From: Candidatus Saccharimonadota bacterium | Lineage (GTDB): Bacteria; Patescibacteriota; Saccharimonadia; Saccharimonadales; UBA4665 | Assembly (NCBI GenBank): GCA_016699935.1 | Contig: CP064992.1 | Location: 1,170,001-1,202,000, forward strand | Length of the DNA stretch: 32,000 nt | Direction of reading: 5' to 3' | Part shown: piece after piece, positions 1-9,172 of the stretch | Position numbering within the stretch: position 1 is the first letter of the stretch | Layout of the letters: the number at the start of each line of letters is the position of its first letter | The notes under the pieces: model-generated | Databases searched by the model: none | Told to the model about the DNA's origin: nothing | Seen by the model: only the letters and a program-made list of their open reading frames with translations | Program-made: the position numbers and the translations under genes

Positions 1-269
1 TCTTCAACCGATAAGAGGTCACGTTCCTGTTTTTACCGTCTGGGTCACCTATCATCCCTGTCGCGCCGCCCACAAGCAATATGGCCTTGTGGCCGTGGTC
101 TATGAAGTGGCGGATCATCATAGCGACAGCAAAATTCCCCACCGTCATACTGTCGGCGCTGGGGTCAACCCCAATAAAACGTGATAGGATCTCCGTTTAA
201 AACTGATGTGTCTTTGTAAGTAGTCTGGTTGGTAAAACCGCGCCAGGTTAGTTTGTCTGATAATGTCAT
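1..269 (-). CDS. tyrS: Tyrosyl-tRNA synthetase, N-terminal part (continues beyond the window start)
   Basis: Not in the ORF track because it runs off the edge. My minus-strand translation from ATG 269..267 is MTLSDKLTWRGFTNQTTYKDTSVLNGDPITFYWGVDPSADSMTVGNFAVAMMIRHFIDHGHKAILLVGGATGMIGDPDGK. This fits the TyrS N-terminal pattern (LxWRG, G.DP.ADS, GGATGxIGDPxGK). The frame breaks at the T5 run 30-34; one extra base would give GKKQERDLLSVE. Confidence 0.75.
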
Positions 270-283
270 GGTGGTAGTATACA
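270..283 (-). promoter_or_regulatory. -10 box TATACT (preceded by TG) 6 nt upstream of the tyrS ATG; implies a leaderless mRNA
   Basis: The minus strand reads ctgTATACTaccaccATG. There is no purine-rich SD between the box and the ATG. Confidence 0.4.
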
Positions 284-323
284 GATTTACGCTATGAGAG
301 TTAAGGGCTGTCAGATTAGAAAT

Positions 324-372
324 AAGAGTGGTGAGATAAGAGATAAGAATAGTGAGCGGAAAGTGAAAATGA
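324..372. repeat. Degenerate period-7 purine-rich array
   Basis: AAGAGTG GTGAGAT AAGAGAT AAGAATA GTGAGCG GAAAGTG AAAATGA, read directly from the plus strand. Confidence 0.6.
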
Positions 373-417
373 TGTTAATTAGATATGAATAGCAATTTTC
401 CCTTACTCTCTTATGTA

Positions 418-445
418 GAATTCTGAATTCCTTTACCTAATTCCT
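418..445. repeat. Period-7 array (GAATTCT-type)
   Basis: GAATTCT GAATTCC TTTACCT AATTCCT on the plus strand. Confidence 0.55.
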
Positions 446-476
446 AGATTTTGCTTGTGCTACAACGACCATATTT

Positions 477-485
477 TGCTATACT
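477..485 (+). promoter_or_regulatory. Extended -10 (TGcTATACT) upstream of the PBP1A gene
   Basis: ttTGcTATACT at 477-485. GTG 489 lies only 3 nt downstream and ATG 522 lies 36 nt downstream, so the start codon is uncertain. Confidence 0.35.
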
Positions 486-488
486 GGT

Positions 489-3458
489 GTGCAGTATATA
501 AGTGGAGAAACGCGTAGTTACATGAAACAGCTTGAATCGAACCGTCCGCGGCGTTCTAAAGCCAAATCGAACACATTTGTGACGCGCAGCGGCAAAACTA
601 TTAAGGTCAACCGTTCTCTCAATGAACGCCTAAAAGCCGGCCGAGAGGCCAAAGCACGCCGGAAAGCTGCATATTTGAGCAGCCTGCCTTCGCAGCCATG
701 GAAACGACTTCTCTACCGAATGAGTCCGAAGCGCCTTGCACGGTACTGGTTTAGTCGCGAGGAGCACTGATGGCTCTGAAAATTACTGGCATAAGCTTTG
801 TCGTCGGTTTCTTGCTATTAGTGGGCGTTTTTGCCTACTTCCGAAAAGACCTGCCGAAAATTAATGATGTCAACGGCAGTAATTTCGGGGGCAGTATCAC
901 CTACTACGACAGAACTGGTACGGTCCTACTCTACCAAGACTACAATGCAAAAAAACGCGTACCAGTTAAGGATGACCAGATAGCAGAAGTGATGAAGCAG
1001 GCAACTCTATCCATAGAGGACCGAAACTTTTTCAAGCACGGCGCTTTTGACACGAAAGGTATCATGCGAGCCACCGTGAATGAAGTCAAGGGAGGTGGTA
1101 GCGGCCGCCAAGGTGGATCGACTATCACTCAGCAACTTGTGAAGCTCAGCGAAGGCTGGCAAAATGAGCGAACTGTAAGCCGTAAGATAAAAGAGCTCAT
1201 CCTTGCTGTCGAACTCGAACGAGAATACAGTAAAGATGAAATTTTGACTGGCTATTTGAACATGGCACCGTACGGCAATGTAAATTCCGGTGTCGAGACA
1301 GCAGCTCAGGACTACTTTGGCGTGAGTGCAAAAGACCTCAGCCTTGCTCAGGCTGCCATGCTGGCTGCAATCCCCAAGGCTCCGGGTTCTCTTTCGCCTT
1401 TTAGTAGTCAGAGTTTAACAAAAGTCTTGGTACAAATTACTTCGATAGGGAGTGGCTCATTGACCGGCAACACTACATACTCAACATCATGAAAGATGAA
1501 AAATACATTACAGCAGAGCAACGAGACACTGCCAAGAAAGTCGATATACTTGCCCAAGTAAAACCACGCCAAGATAAATATGTAAATATCAAGGCACCCT
1601 ACTTCGTCAAAGCCGCCAAAGACGAGCTCTACAAGGCATTCCCAAAAGCAGTCGTCGATAACGGCGGCTGGAAAGTCATCACCACCGTAGATATGGACTT
1701 ACAGGCTTTAGCTGAAAAGTCTATGGCCGACGGACGAGCACAGATGACACGACAACGCGCTGATGTCGGTGCGTTTGTTGCAGAAGACAATGAAACTGGG
1801 CAGATTGTTGCACTTGTTGGCGGCTGGGGGCTAGACACGCCTGGTTACGGCGAAAATAACTATGCTAACCAAATGTATATATCGCCGGGTTCAAGCATAA
1901 AACCGTATAATTACCTGACGTTCATAGATAACAATAAAAAGGTCGGCGCCGGTAGTGTCCTGTATGACACGCAGGGCCCGATTGCGCAGTACACCTGTAC
2001 TAATAGAGCTCGTCCTGAAAGTGGCGGCAACTGTCTATTCGACTTTGATCGCCGCTACCCGGGGCCAATGACGCTTCGCTATGCACTCGGCGGCTCGCGT
2101 AACGTTCCTGCGGTGAAAGCCTTTGTTTCTGCCGTGCCAAATGATACCAGTCCTGGACGCGTCAATTCAATTAACAAAGTTATCTCAACCATAGATGGCC
2201 TCATGGATAATCCCGATGGCTACCGCTGCTTCAAAGATGAAACCGATGTCACCACGGCAACAAAGGCAGACGAGTCTCAATGCTACGCTTCGGCAGGCAT
2301 CGGTGACGGCGCCTATTTGCACCTCGATGACCATGTCCATGGTATCGCTTCTATCTCGCGGCTTGGCAAAGCCCTGCCAAAGACATACATACTAAAAGTT
2401 ACGAATGCTTCAGGGAAAACCCTGAAGGAATTCAAGCCGTCTACCGGCAAGCAAATTGTCAAGCCCGATTCGGCCTATATCGTGAACGACATGGCTTCAG
2501 ACCCAGGTGCGTCGTACCTCGGAAACAGCTGTAACGAACAAGGCTGTGGCGGGCTGAAATTCCACCGCTACAAGGGTTGGAAGATTGGCATAAAAACCGG
2601 CACCACGAACAATTTGCTCGATGGTATGATGGTCAGCTGGTCAAAGAAATATTCTGCGGGCATATGGGTGGGGAATCATACGCGCACCGTTCCATATTAT
2701 GGCCAGCCAGAAAACATGACTGCACCAGTCATGAAACAGTTCATGCAGGGGGCGCATGAACGTGCCGGAGCGGCCGACAACTGGAAAGAACCGGCTGGAA
2801 TCAAAACTGCACCTGCATTCATTAACCGCAGCAAAAATGGCGCTGGACAAATTGTTCCAAGCCGAGCCACCGATCTCTTCCCCTCTTGGTATGTCGGCAA
2901 GGCTGCTTCGACAAACGAGATGCTTGACAAAGTATCTAATAAACTCGCCACCAGCTGTACGCCGCCTCTTGCCAAGCAAAATAGTGCCAATAGCAACGCT
3001 GCCGGCTGGAATGTCGATGTCTTTTCGGGTGGCAACACCGGAGGTAATGCACCGGCAACTGGTAACGATGACATCCACAACTGCAACGATGCCAAACCAA
3101 CAGCCAATATCACCGCTGTAAACGGCGCATCGACGGACAGCCAAGCCGGTCTGACCTGCCCCGAGGCTGGCTGTAGCATCATGGTACGAGTCGACCAGGG
3201 GACACACCCGCTTAGTGATGGCGCACGGACGAATTTTCCAGGTACATTAAGTCTTCTCATAAACGGCCAACAGGTTCAGTCACAAGGAGTCGGTGTTAGT
3301 GGTGACTACCAGTTCACCTATGTCCCAGGTGGCGGTGCGGCCGAGTCCTCCAAATCAGTGTTCAGGTGACCGATAGCGTTTTGTACCAAGGCAGCGACAG
3401 CACGAGCATCTCAGTGGTCAAACCCCCGTTAGCGTCAGCCCCTAAAGATCCCCTCTGA
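489..3458 (+). CDS. Class A penicillin-binding protein (PBP1A-type transglycosylase/transpeptidase), interrupted by at least 3 apparent frameshifts
   Basis: ORF fragments 489..770, 770..1492 and 1489..3369. The first is a basic cytoplasmic tail. The second carries a TM segment and GT51 motifs (EDRNFFKHGAFD, GGSTITQQL). The third is the transpeptidase (SPGSSIKP, KTGTT). Junctions lie near 760, in 1408-1490 (candidate A4 run 1420-1423) and at 3352-3354. In another frame the ORF continues as ISVQVTDSVLYQGSDSTSISVVKPPLASAPKDPL to TGA 3456-3458. An alternative start is ATG 522. Confidence 0.85.
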
Positions 3459-3532
3459 ACCCCATAAGGAATAAAACAACCCCAGAAAATTACGTTCGGG
3501 CTGGGTTACTCGAGCACTCAAACCGTCCTACG

Positions 3533-4882
3533 TCACTTCTGGAGGAACTCATTCAGGGCAGATCGAACATCTGGCACGGTCACTAGAAACGATGATTGTT
3601 TTGCGTTGCCGCGCATACGAGGCCCAATTGCGCAGTCAAACCCAAGTTTTTGCCTCAGCGACACGCTTGTCTATGAATGGCACGTGGCGAATTTCACCCG
3701 AGAGGCCTATTTCACCGAAGACAACTGCATTTCGTTTGAGTTTTAGGCCTTTCGCGGCCGAGCCGATAGCCATACACACCGCCAAGTCCGCCGCTGGGTC
3801 CTGTAAACGCAGTCCGCCCACAATATTCACGTATATATCCTGGTCGGCAAGATTGAGTTTTGTTCTTTTCTCAAGCATTGCCACCAGCAGATTGATACGA
3901 TTCAGATCAATCCCACTTGCAGCGCGTTTCGGGTACCCGTAACTGGTTTTATTCACAAGCGCCTGGACTTCCACCAGTAGTGGACGAGTACCCTCAACGT
4001 TGCGAGCACGACTGACCCGTCGGTAATCTGCCGCTCTTCGAGAAGAGCCTGTGAGGGGTTGAGCACTGGCTTGAGCCCCTGCTCATCCATTTCCATAATT
4101 GCCGCTTCCGTCGTTGGACCAAACCGGTTCTTGGTGGCGCGTAGAACCTTGAACCCGCCGTACGCTTCGCCCTCCAAGGTCAATACTACATCGACAATGT
4201 GCTCGAGGAGCTTCGGTCCAGCGATAGCACCTTCTTTCGTGACGTGACCCACGATAAGCAGTGCGGTATTTGACTGTTTGGCTGCCTGGAGCAGTGTGTT
4301 TGTGCTGTTGGTGATCTGACTGACACTGCCAGGTGCGCTAGTTACTCCGGCTGCCTGCATCGTCTGAATAGAATCGACAACCACTAGCTGAAACTGCTTG
4401 CTCGCTATCGTCGCAGCAACGTCATCGGCCGAGTTCGAGGTTGCAAGCTGCAGTTTAGTTGCAGCCGCACTGAGACGCGTGGCGCGTATGCCAATCTGAT
4501 GCTCGGATTCTTCACCACTCACATACAGAACGGCAGCCTGCCCGGCAATAGCATTTGCAAGCTGGAGCAGCAACGTACTTTTGCCTATACCTGGCTGTCC
4601 GGCTATAAGCACGACACCGCCTGGAACCAGCCCACCACCGAGCACGATATCGACATCCAGTATGCCCGTCTGCAAACGGTGCTCTGGCTTGGCAGCCGAC
4701 GCCTTAACCGCCTGGGATGGCAATATTCTCCCTGATGGCTTCACCCCATTTGTATTTGACGCGACTAACTGCACTTCTTCAGCTATGCTATTCCATTCGC
4801 CGCACTGACTGCACCGCCCTGCCCAGGCCGAATACTGCGCACCGCAGCTTCCACACACATACTTCACGCTCTTTTTTGCCAT
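3533..4882 (-). CDS. radA: DNA repair protein RadA/Sms, with 2 apparent frameshifts
   Basis: Fragments 3953..4882 and 3636..3974. The first has a C4 zinc ribbon (CGSCGAQYSAWAGRCSQCGEWNS) and Walker A (GQPGIGKST). The second is the Lon-like domain. Junctions are near 3991-3997 (restores LEGTRPLLVEVQALV) and at the T5 run 3647-3651 (restores EAKLGFDCAIGPRMRGN...NEFLQK, stop 3533-3535). Confidence 0.9.
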
Positions 4883-4899
4883 AGGATCTCAGTATAGCA
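4883..4899 (-). promoter_or_regulatory. Extended -10 (TGcTATACT) 8 nt upstream of the radA ATG; leaderless-type
   Basis: The minus strand reads aatTGcTATACTgagatcctATG, with no SD. Confidence 0.45.
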
Positions 4900-4956
4900 A
4901 TTTTCAAGGTTCAATTCACAAGATTTTAGAGAATTTTCGATGAGCATGTTCCAAAC

Positions 4957-4991
4957 GTTCAACTGTCAACGTTCAAGTTATCAACAAACAA
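4957..4991. repeat. Period-7 array (GTTCAAC-type)
   Basis: The plus strand reads GTTCAAC TGTCAAC GTTCAAG TTATCAA CAAACAA. On the minus strand this gives phased TTGACA/TTGAAC -35-like hexamers. Confidence 0.6.
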
Positions 4992-5012
4992 TGTGCGGCC
5001 ATAGGCAACTGG

Positions 5013-5047
5013 AAGAATTATGAATCAAGAATTCAGAATTCAGAGTG
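5013..5047. repeat. Period-7 array (AAGAATT-type) abutting modular element copy A
   Basis: AAGAATT ATGAATC AAGAATT CAGAATT CAGAGTG on the plus strand. Confidence 0.6.
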
Positions 5048-5335
5048 CGGCAATAGGCCGCTCAAAATTGCCGCGTAGCGATGTAACTAGTGGTGGCCAT
5101 GCGGAAGCTCCTGGTCAGAATGTTGTTGGCTTCTACGACTTCTGGCAGGTGGCGTGACTTGTTTTACGAAGGCTAGTATTGCCGGTAGCAATAGTAGCTT
5201 GAGGAGTTGTCACGTCGGTTGTAGAAACGAACAATAGTTCTGCCAAGAGCTGGAGCTGCTGGCCGAGGTTTTTTGCTTCTTTTTGTCCGGCACAAAAAGA
5301 AGTCGCCCTGCCGGGCGAGACCGGCATGTTTTGTT
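5044..5335. repeat. Modular structured intergenic element, copy A (candidate ncRNA or BOX-like repeat)
   Basis: Shares ordered conserved blocks with 9169-9456 and 17477-17823. The blocks are: a GC hairpin gcggc-aatag-gccgc; agcgatgtaactagtggtggccatg...ctggtcag..tgttgt; gagttgtc.cgtc.gttgt..aaacgaacaa; ggagct.ctggccgaggttt; a long A/T stem cttctttttgt-ccgg-acaaaaagaag; and a cgccc-tgcc-gggcg hairpin. The strand is unresolved. Confidence 0.7.
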
Positions 5336-5437
5336 GATGGCAAAAGGCTTTGTTGGCCGCGGGACAAAACCCATATGAATGACGCTATTTTCGAAATTTA
5401 TTAGGCTAAATGGCAGAAGTCAAAACAGTGCATGTGG

Positions 5438-6421
5438 CTATTGGGCGGAGGGAAGGCCTTCGGCGGATAGGGCCTGGGTTAGCTGTCGTTCTTCGAGCGC
5501 TAGAGCGTTACGTTTTTCAACAGTATCATTGTACTCAGCAATCAAACCTTGGGTTTCAGACAACAACGCATTGTATGCTCGCACAAGTTGGTTAAAACTG
5601 GCAACCGTGGCATTATATGTCCCGACATTCGTTCTCCTGAGGACATCAAGCTCACGCTGTTGCGCATCTAACTCACTTCTCTGTGCAAGTAAGCGACTTT
5701 GGTTTGTGTCTATAGTAGACTTCAGTGTGTTCAAGTCAGCATCAAAGGCTGCAACCTGGTCACGCCGAAGCGTAAACTCGGCCTGGTAGCGTAGCGCCAT
5801 CGTCACGACCGCTTTCCGGTTCGTAAAATACTGCTTGTAATGTGCCTCTAGCTCTGCCGGCAAATCCATAACTTCAGTTGCAAATATTGAGTGCATTTCA
5901 TTCGCAATTTCGGTTGGTTCAGTTTGGCGATATAATGCTATGGTTTCACGAACCCGTTCATCGTTAAGACTCTTTTGGTAAAAAGCTTCGAGCGAAGTGT
6001 CTAGCTGTTTTTTTTCTGCCGCCGAAAGCCTCGCATAGGCAGCGTGGAGCATTTCATGGGCTGCGGTAACTTCTTCGACACCTTGTAGGCGAATGTCGGT
6101 AACATCGTAGAGGTAAATGCCTCTGTCGCCACCCTTATAGCAACCGAGAATGATAGTTTTTTCAGCTGCAATTGGGCATTCTTTACTAAACGTTGACGAC
6201 TCTAGAAGCTGTGGTTTATTGACGTAAAACAGGTGCGTGCCATGATCGTTCATCTGTGTTGACCGCGCGATCGCAGCGACTGCTGAAGATGGAAAATACC
6301 CTCGTAGTTTCCACCAGTCGGTTATTCGCTGTTGGTTGACATAGAGCGCGCCGAGCGCGCCAAACCAAACGAGCAGGAAAATAAGTACTCGACCGTGGTG
6401 AGGTTTCGGCTGGTTATGCAT
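5438..6421 (-). CDS. Hypothetical membrane-anchored protein with an HExxH motif and a C-terminal coiled-coil-like region
   Basis: Intact 327-aa ORF. It has an N-terminal hydrophobic segment (VLIFLLVWFGALGALYV) and AAHEMLHAAY in the middle. The last ~110 aa are Q/L/A/E-rich heptad-like sequence. I recognise no family. Confidence 0.7.
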   Translation of the reverse strand: MHNQPKPHHGRVLIFLLVWFGALGALYVNQQRITDWWKLRGYFPSSAVAAIARSTQMNDHGTHLFYVNKPQLLESSTFSKECPIAAEKTIILGCYKGGDRGIYLYDVTDIRLQGVEEVTAAHEMLHAAYARLSAAEKKQLDTSLEAFYQKSLNDERVRETIALYRQTEPTEIANEMHSIFATEVMDLPAELEAHYKQYFTNRKAVVTMALRYQAEFTLRRDQVAAFDADLNTLKSTIDTNQSRLLAQRSELDAQQRELDVLRRTNVGTYNATVASFNQLVRAYNALLSETQGLIAEYNDTVEKRNALALEERQLTQALSAEGLPSAQ

Positions 6422-6436
6422 TGATTAAGTATACCA
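6422..6436 (-). promoter_or_regulatory. Extended -10 (TGgTATACT) 6 nt upstream of the ATG of the HExxH gene; leaderless-type
   Basis: The minus strand reads cttTGgTATACTtaatcaATG. Confidence 0.45.
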
Positions 6437-6489
6437 AGAAGCTAACCAGTTGAGGTAACGAACGGAGATCACCCATAGGAACCGACGAC

Positions 6490-8966
6490 TTATTCGCTAT
6501 GGGTAGCATAGGTCAGGGCATCATCACGCGAACCAACGTGGATGATATCGCCCTTAGTAAACTTATCGTCGAGGATATCAATAGCCAGCTGATCTTCTAT
6601 GGTGTCTTGGATGAGCCGGCGCAAGGGACGGACACCGTTTTTAGCATCATAGCCATGTTCAATCAAATACTGCTTGGCGGCAGTCGTAAGCTGAACACTG
6701 ACACCATGTTTTTGCAAGCGTTTGCGCAGCTCGTCAACCTGCAAGTCTATGATATGGTAAATATCCTTTTTGTGAGGCCGCGGAACACAACGACCTTATC
6801 GATACGGTTCAATAGCTCTGGGCGCAGCTCTTTTGAGCCGATCCATGACATTGTCCTTGTTTTGCTCATGCATGGCGTCGAGATCCTCAAAGTCAGTTCT
6901 ACGTCCAGCCTGGAAACCAAGTGCAGCTTCTTTTTGGAGCTTGTCGGCACCAATGTTGCTCGTCATGATGACAATGGTATTCGTGAAGTCTATGCGACGG
7001 CCTTTTGCGTCGGTCAGGTAGCCATCTTCGAGCATTTGTAAAAGCATGTTAAATACATCTGGATGCGCCTTTTCAATTTCGTCAAACAAGACAAGGCTGT
7101 AAGGCTGGCGGCGGATTTTGTCGGTGAGCTGGCCACCTTCGTCGTAGCCGACATAACCTGCCGGAGCACCAACAAGCCGCGATACATTGTGATGTTCGCC
7201 AAATTCACTCATATCTATCTTAACCAGCGCATTCTCAGAGCCAAAAAACTCACGAGCGAGCACGCGCGCCAGTTCAGTTTTGCCAACCCCAGTTGGACCA
7301 AGAAAAATGAACGAACCAATTGGCCGATTAGCGGCGCTAATACCACTACGATTCCGACGAATCGCCTTACTGACAACTGCGACAGCTTCCGTCTGGCCAA
7401 TCACATGCCTGGAGATGTTCTTTTCGAGTTGTAACAGGTACTTAGCTTCGCTTTTGATAACTTTTTCACAGGCACGCCAGTGATGCGGGAAACGACTTCA
7501 GCCACATCGTCACTACTCATGACGAGCACTGCACCAGTTTTTGTTGCCTTATACAGCTCGTCGAGCTTTTTTGGATTTGTGAGGCGCGAGTTTTACCTCG
7601 AGCGGCTCGTTCGTAATCTTCCTGGTCAACCGCTTCGTCTATACGAGCATTGACGAGCTTCAATTCTTTCTGCAACTTGCGAACCTCAGGACTTGTTTTG
7701 CCCCTTTCTACACGAAGCGCGGCTGCCGTCTCGTCGAGTAAATCAATTGCCTTATCTGGCATGAATCTATCTTGGATATAGCGCTTTGCGAAATTCACCG
7801 TATCATCAATGACTTCATCGCTAATGGTAACACCATGAAACTCCTCATAGTGTTTGCGGAGTCCCTTTAGAATGGCGATAGTTTCGGGCATAGTTGTTTC
7901 CGGAACCTGGATGGGCTGAAAGCGCCGTTCTAGGGCCGCATCTTTTTCAACATGCTTGGTGTATTCTGCTGTCGTCGTGGCACCAATAACCTGGATTTTG
8001 CCCCGGGCAAGCGCGGGTTTCAAGATATTACCGGCATCCATCGAACCTTCGGCTGCACCGGCACCAATAATAAGATGTAACTCATCTATGAAAACCACCG
8101 TCCGTTTGTCGCCTTCAAGTTCGGCCATGACTTTTTAAGCCGCTCTTCAAATTCGCCGCGATACTTCGTGCCTGCGACCATTGCAGCAAGATCAAGCATT
8201 ACAATGCGCTTATCGAGCAGACTATCTGGCACGTCCTCATTGATGATTCGCTGCGCGAGACCCTCAACAATAGCTGTCTTGCCAACACCAGGCTCGCCAA
8301 TAAGCACAGGATTATTCTTGGTTCGGCGGTTCAGAATGGTTACAACTCGTTTAATCTGTGCCTCACGTCCGACAACTGGGTCAAGTTTGCCGCCACGGGC
8401 CTGGGCAGTCAAGTCAGTACCAAACTGATCGAGCATGCTTTTACTACTGCGTTGAGCCTTGCGGGCTGTCCGGCGCGAACCGGGCTCAACTGTTTCACGG
8501 TCGGCGTCATCAAACTGGCGGCTCAAGAAATTTTCGAGTTCACGCACGATGCTGTCGGTATTGACATGCATATCGCGAAGTAAGACGCTGGCACGAGAGT
8601 TCTTCTGGCTCAGGATACTATACAAGATATGTTCGGTGCCACAGAAGTCCTGGCCGTAGTCTTGCGCAACATCATAGGCCATACGGAGAGTGAGTTTGGC
8701 TGTTTCGCTATAGCCTTTTGCGCCCATGTTGATAACGATGTTTTTGGCGTCAGCTTCAAGGCGACTTGGGCTTTACTGAGAGTGACGCCGGCATCTTCGA
8801 GGATTTTTCCACCCAGGCTACCATCTTGTGCCATCAGACCAAGAAGCAAATGTTCGGTACCAATGTACGCATCACCGAGCCCGCGAGCTATTGTCCCTGC
8901 GTGCGCGAGGCTTTGCCGAGCATTCTCGGTTAAATAGTTTGAAAATTCTTGGTAGTCTGGTTGCAT
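6490..8966 (-). CDS. clpC: ATP-dependent Clp protease ATP-binding subunit ClpC, broken into at least 6 fragments
   Basis: Fragments 8610..8990, 8086..8727, 7517..8128, 6796..7404, 6747..6953 and 6490..6744. Together they give Clp_N repeats, NBD1 (GEPGVGKT), a short UVR-like middle region (DQEDYERAA), NBD2 ([11 protein letters not shown]) and the C-terminal D2-small domain. One junction resolves at the T5 run 8741-8745. The likely start is ATG 8966..8964, preceded by aaGGAGcgaattat. Confidence 0.9.
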
Positions 8967-8996
8967 ATAATTCGCTCCTTTGGAGCTCACTCTCTA

Positions 8997-9031
8997 AGTC
9001 AAGAAACATGAGTCATGAGTCAAGAGTGAAA
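8997..9031. repeat. Period-7 array (AGTCAAG-type) in the clpC upstream region
   Basis: AGTCAAG AAACATG AGTCATG AGTCAAG AGTGAAA on the plus strand. The minus strand carries phased TTGAC motifs. Confidence 0.6.
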
Positions 9032-9035
9032 GTTT

Positions 9036-9055
9036 GTCGCCAGCGGCGACTTTTT
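9036..9055 (+). other. GC hairpin followed by T5 (terminator-like on the plus strand) inside the clpC upstream region
   Basis: gtcgcc-agc-ggcgac followed by ttttt. No plus-strand gene ends here, so its function is unclear. Confidence 0.3.
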
Positions 9056-9113
9056 GTCTGGAATCCCGTCTTCGTGAGTAATGTACTTCACGAATACGAT
9101 ACTACCAGTCTAG

Positions 9114-9145
9114 CAAAATTAGCACTCCCACGTCAAGAGTGCTAA
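9114..9145 (-). terminator. Intrinsic terminator downstream of nusA and element copy B
   Basis: The minus-strand RNA forms uuagcacuc-uugacgugg-gagugcuaa (9-bp stem) followed by UUUUG. Confidence 0.55.
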
Positions 9146-9152
9146 ATTGGAA

Positions 9153-9172
9153 TTAGATGTTAGATGTTAGTG
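9153..9172. repeat. Period-7 array (TTAGATG-type) abutting element copy B
   Basis: TTAGATG TTAGATG TTAGTG on the plus strand. Confidence 0.55.

Noticed and set aside
3478-3507. The hairpin aaccccag...ctgggtt between the convergent PBP1A and radA genes as a bidirectional terminator.
   Set aside because: The stem is only about 7 bp with a bulge, the loop is 15 nt, and there is no flanking T or A tract. That is too weak to call from sequence alone.
5044-5335. Element copies as T-box leaders (ggtggagc resembles the T-box GGTGGTAC core) or SRP-like RNA (cctggtcag and ctggcagg resemble 4.5S RNA).
   Set aside because: No aminoacyl-tRNA synthetase or amino-acid gene lies downstream on either strand. 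There is no specifier-loop, AGAGA or antiterminator arrangement. The SRP domain IV consensus (GGAAGCAGCC...) is absent. Three SRP copies in 13 kb would be implausible. The similarity is limited to 8-9-mers.
5133-5367. ORFs 5133..5327 and 5173..5367 (64 aa each) inside element copy A as small protein genes.
   Set aside because: The homologous copies B and C differ by indels that are not multiples of three and do not preserve either frame. The sequence conservation tracks hairpin stems rather than codons.
8997-9031. The AGTCAAG heptads upstream of clpC as a CtsR operator (consensus RGTCAAA-NAN-RGTCAAA).
   Set aside because: The spacing is 7 and 14 nt rather than the 10-nt register of CtsR boxes. 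The same period-7 organisation, with unrelated unit sequences, occurs upstream of many non-heat-shock genes. No ctsR gene is visible in this window.
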